Source of the DNA: Wolbachia endosymbiont of Dirofilaria (Dirofilaria) immitis
Lineage (GTDB): Bacteria; Pseudomonadota; Alphaproteobacteria; Rickettsiales; Anaplasmataceae
DNA length: 32,000 nt
NCBI RefSeq assembly: GCF_013365455.1
Contig: NZ_CP046578.1
Coordinates: forward strand, 888,123-920,122
Reading direction: 5' to 3'
Each line of letters opens with the position of its first letter. Positions within the stretch are counted from its first letter, which is position 1. Made by a program: the position numbers and the translations under genes. Below the pieces are notes generated by a model. That model did not search any database. It was given only the letters and a program-made list of their open reading frames with translations, and was not told the origin of the DNA. Below, one piece after another: positions 30,254 through 32,000 of this stretch.

Positions 30254-30386
30254 AACTCCTTTGTAAACTCCACAGTTATTAACACTATATTAATAAGCTA
30301 CCACAAAAAGTACAGCAAAATTTCCTCTTAATTGACTATTACATACTTACCAATATAGGGTAATTTAAATTATTCACAATTACCTA

Positions 30387-31045
30387 ATGAATGAAAACGT
30401 CAAAAACATGCTATTAGTAACAGAGTTACTATCAGGACAACTACTTCATGATTTTGCTAATTCTATGAATGGAATAATGTTTGGCCTAGAAGAATTCGAA
30501 GAATGCAATAAAAACGATGATATCGCACGCAAAGAAGCATTGTCATTACTTAAGGAGAGCTCTGATGATTTAATAAATAAACATAAAGTTATGAAACAGG
30601 CATATTCTTCTTCAGCAGACAATTATAATTTTGGCCAGACCAAATCTAACATTGAAAATTATTTATTAAAAAAAAAGTAAAATTTATGTGGGAGATAGAC
30701 GAATATCCTATAAGAGGCAAGGAAGATTTAATTGAAAAAATAAATAAGATAATTTCTAACATGGTACTAACTATAGCCAGTGTAGTAGCAGAAGTTGAAT
30801 TAGTTTCTATTTTACTAACTCAAACAGAAGGTAAAATATTATTGACTATAAAAATTCTAAATAAGCATAAACCAATGAGCAAATCTTTAGTGAACAAATT
30901 AACAAGAAAAGACAATATTAACCTAAATTCAAAGGATGTTAATGTTTATATGACATCCTTACTACTAGAATATTATAATACCGAAATACACTGCTCTTAT
31001 AAAAATAATTTACTAGAAATAAGTTTAGTTTTAACCCAGGAATAA
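30387..31045 (+). pseudogene. chpT: ChpT-like histidine phosphotransferase (CckA-ChpT-CtrA relay), split into 97-aa and 119-aa ORFs at an A9 tract. It may be functional through slippage, may be two polypeptides, or may reflect an assembly error.
   Basis: ORF1 carries LLSGQLLHDFANSMNGIMFGLEEF, which parallels the ChpT phospho-His helix (ARLCHDFISP....SGLDLL as I recall it from Caulobacter). ORF2 has the CA-like half (...ILLTIKIL...VYMTSLLLEYYNTEIHCSYKNNLLEISLVL). The ORF2 frame is open from 30656. The frames join at A9 (30668-30676) by A10 or a -1 shift, giving about 219 aa, the normal ChpT size. Confidence 0.6.
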
Positions 31046-31210
31046 CCCTGCACTTTATAAAAGTATCTGTAAGCTTTAAGTATTAGTACAAGGATTAGAG
31101 CACTTAGTACCTCCGAAAAGGCATACTCACCCCCTAAAACAGTACCAGCATTGTATACGCTAACCTATAAATTTTCTTCCTAAAAATATGACACTTTCTC
31201 ACGAAAATTA

Positions 31211-31936
31211 TCAATCTATTTTCTTATGATCACTAAGGTCTAGTATTATTCTATTAATGTACCGCTCACTCGCATCCTTAACAATAAACTTTACACCGTT
31301 TTTATACATGACAACCTCGCCCTTAGAAGGTACCTTACCAGCAATTGAAAGAATCAAGCCACCAAGTGTAACATAATCCTCTTCAGGATCACGTAATTCT
31401 ATCTTTAGATTCTCCTCTATATCTTTTATAAGAATTCTTGCTGACACCTCAAACTTGTTTTGAGGTAACTTGATGATTGTACATTCAAAAGGCTCATTTC
31501 CACTATTAACATTTGGTACCAACTTCTCCATAAGGTCAGCCATTGAAATTAAGCCATCGGTTCCACCGTATTCATCTAACACAACAGCTAAATGTGGCCT
31601 AGCAGACTTCATTTTAATAAAAAGGTTAGTGGTTTTCATTGAAGGTGGAACAAATATCACATTCTGTACGAAGTTTTTCAAGTCAAAGGTTTCACTCTTA
31701 TCAAAAAGAACATCCTTCGCATAAAAGAACCCAATTATATTATCAAAGTTGTTTTTGTAAACTAGTATCTTAGTATGATAAGTACTTCTTATCTTTTTTA
31801 TCACTTCATGTTTGTTTGACTCAATGTCTAATGCACATATTTCTGTACGTGGAGTCATTATATCGGTTATATTGCAGTCGTGAAACTTCAGTAAATCATT
31901 AAATATAGTAAGACCTGGCAGATCTTTCATCAGCAC
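31211..31936 (-). CDS. CBS-pair plus CorC_HlyC domain protein (CorC/TlyC hemolysin-C family). The frame stays open to the window edge, so the true start may lie beyond 32000.
   Basis: Contains DIMTPRTEI, the CBS blocks (HTKILVYKNNFDNIIGFFYAKDV; HLAVVLDEYGGTDGLISMADLMEKLV), and the C-terminal transporter-associated domain (YVTLGGLILSIAGKVPSKGEVV). There is no in-frame stop between 31936 and 32000 on the minus strand. Confidence 0.85.
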   Translation of the reverse strand: MLMKDLPGLTIFNDLLKFHDCNITDIMTPRTEICALDIESNKHEVIKKIRSTYHTKILVYKNNFDNIIGFFYAKDVLFDKSETFDLKNFVQNVIFVPPSMKTTNLFIKMKSARPHLAVVLDEYGGTDGLISMADLMEKLVPNVNSGNEPFECTIIKLPQNKFEVSARILIKDIEENLKIELRDPEEDYVTLGGLILSIAGKVPSKGEVVMYKNGVKFIVKDASERYINRIILDLSDHKKID

Positions 31937-32000
31937 TTCAGTTGCACACTTTCTTAATACATAAAACCTTTCAAAAAGAAATAGAAAGACTCTACATGCA

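Noticed and set aside
1510-31724. Many 60-135 aa ORFs in the track lie antisense to, or out of frame within, confidently identified genes. They are 1510..1854, 9172..9381, 10363..10695, 11922..12170, 14249..14512, 17342..17572, 17693..17941, 18153..18362, 18732..19022, 19188..19421, 19437..19676, 19720..19920, 20685..20867, 20872..21063, 23864..24070, 26078..26302, 26594..26782, 27820..28014, 28069..28287, 28421..28828, 28859..29119, 29098..29292, 29397..29636 and 31470..31724.
   Set aside because: Each overlaps a gene with strong family motifs on the other strand or in another frame. Their translations are low-complexity (I/L/F/S-rich), as expected from the complement of AT-rich coding DNA. 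None has a recognisable motif.
1-32000. A search for CRISPR arrays, long tandem repeats, IS elements, rRNA genes, additional tRNAs, RNase P, 6S or SRP RNAs, riboswitches and defence or secretion gene clusters.
   Set aside because: None was recognised by eye. Only very short duplications were seen (e.g. CCTAAAG x2 at about 7913-7926, AGATCT x2 in murC, and an imperfect repeat of about 32 nt around 6021-6070). A computational repeat or covariance-model scan is needed to be definitive.

Overview
This is a very AT-rich alphaproteobacterial chromosome segment. I infer an Anaplasmataceae (Ehrlichia-like) origin from three things: a P28/OMP-1/MSP4-family outer-membrane protein at the left edge, a circularly permuted two-piece tmRNA gene, and scattered housekeeping genes separated by unusually long spacers.

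Intact genes, left to right:
- OMP-1/P28-like porin (3' part)
- CDF metal exporter
- tRNA-Val(GAC)
- pyrB
- Fe3+-binding periplasmic protein
- nadK, rpmE, fabD, gpmI
- rlpA, murC, eno, obg
- ssrA (tmRNA)
- lipB, purQ, pstA, rplS, trmD, purC, purM
- CBS/CorC (TlyC-like) protein that may run off the right edge

Two further genes, rsmH and a ChpT-like histidine phosphotransferase, are each broken at an A9 homopolymer. Both need the same correction: a -1 shift, equivalent to one extra A.

Eight spacers contain no intact ORF: 2189-4732, 5633-6402, 7435-8939, 12651-13707, 14700-17225, 21730-22092, 22426-23642 and 24261-25198. By coordinate arithmetic they total about 10.9 kb, or 34% of the window. 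Hand translation shows several of them carry stop- and frameshift-riddled coding remnants. One set reads as ankyrin repeats (GYIPLHLAV, NNPLHYAI) on the minus strand just downstream of rsmH.

I found no CRISPR array, transposase, integrase, phage gene, toxin-antitoxin pair or recognisable defence or secretion cluster. I therefore cannot support a claim of a novel multi-gene system.

The observations most worth follow-up are:
- the paired A9 frame breaks, which could be slippage rescue or assembly error
- the decayed ankyrin-repeat gene
- about 31-33 codon in-frame insertions in murC and rsmH, plus a degenerate C-terminal motif in MurC
- a perfect 46-bp palindrome upstream of gpmI
- a GC-rich 17-bp hairpin upstream of the iron-binding protein gene

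All homology statements come from motif recognition by eye and from memory. No searches were run.
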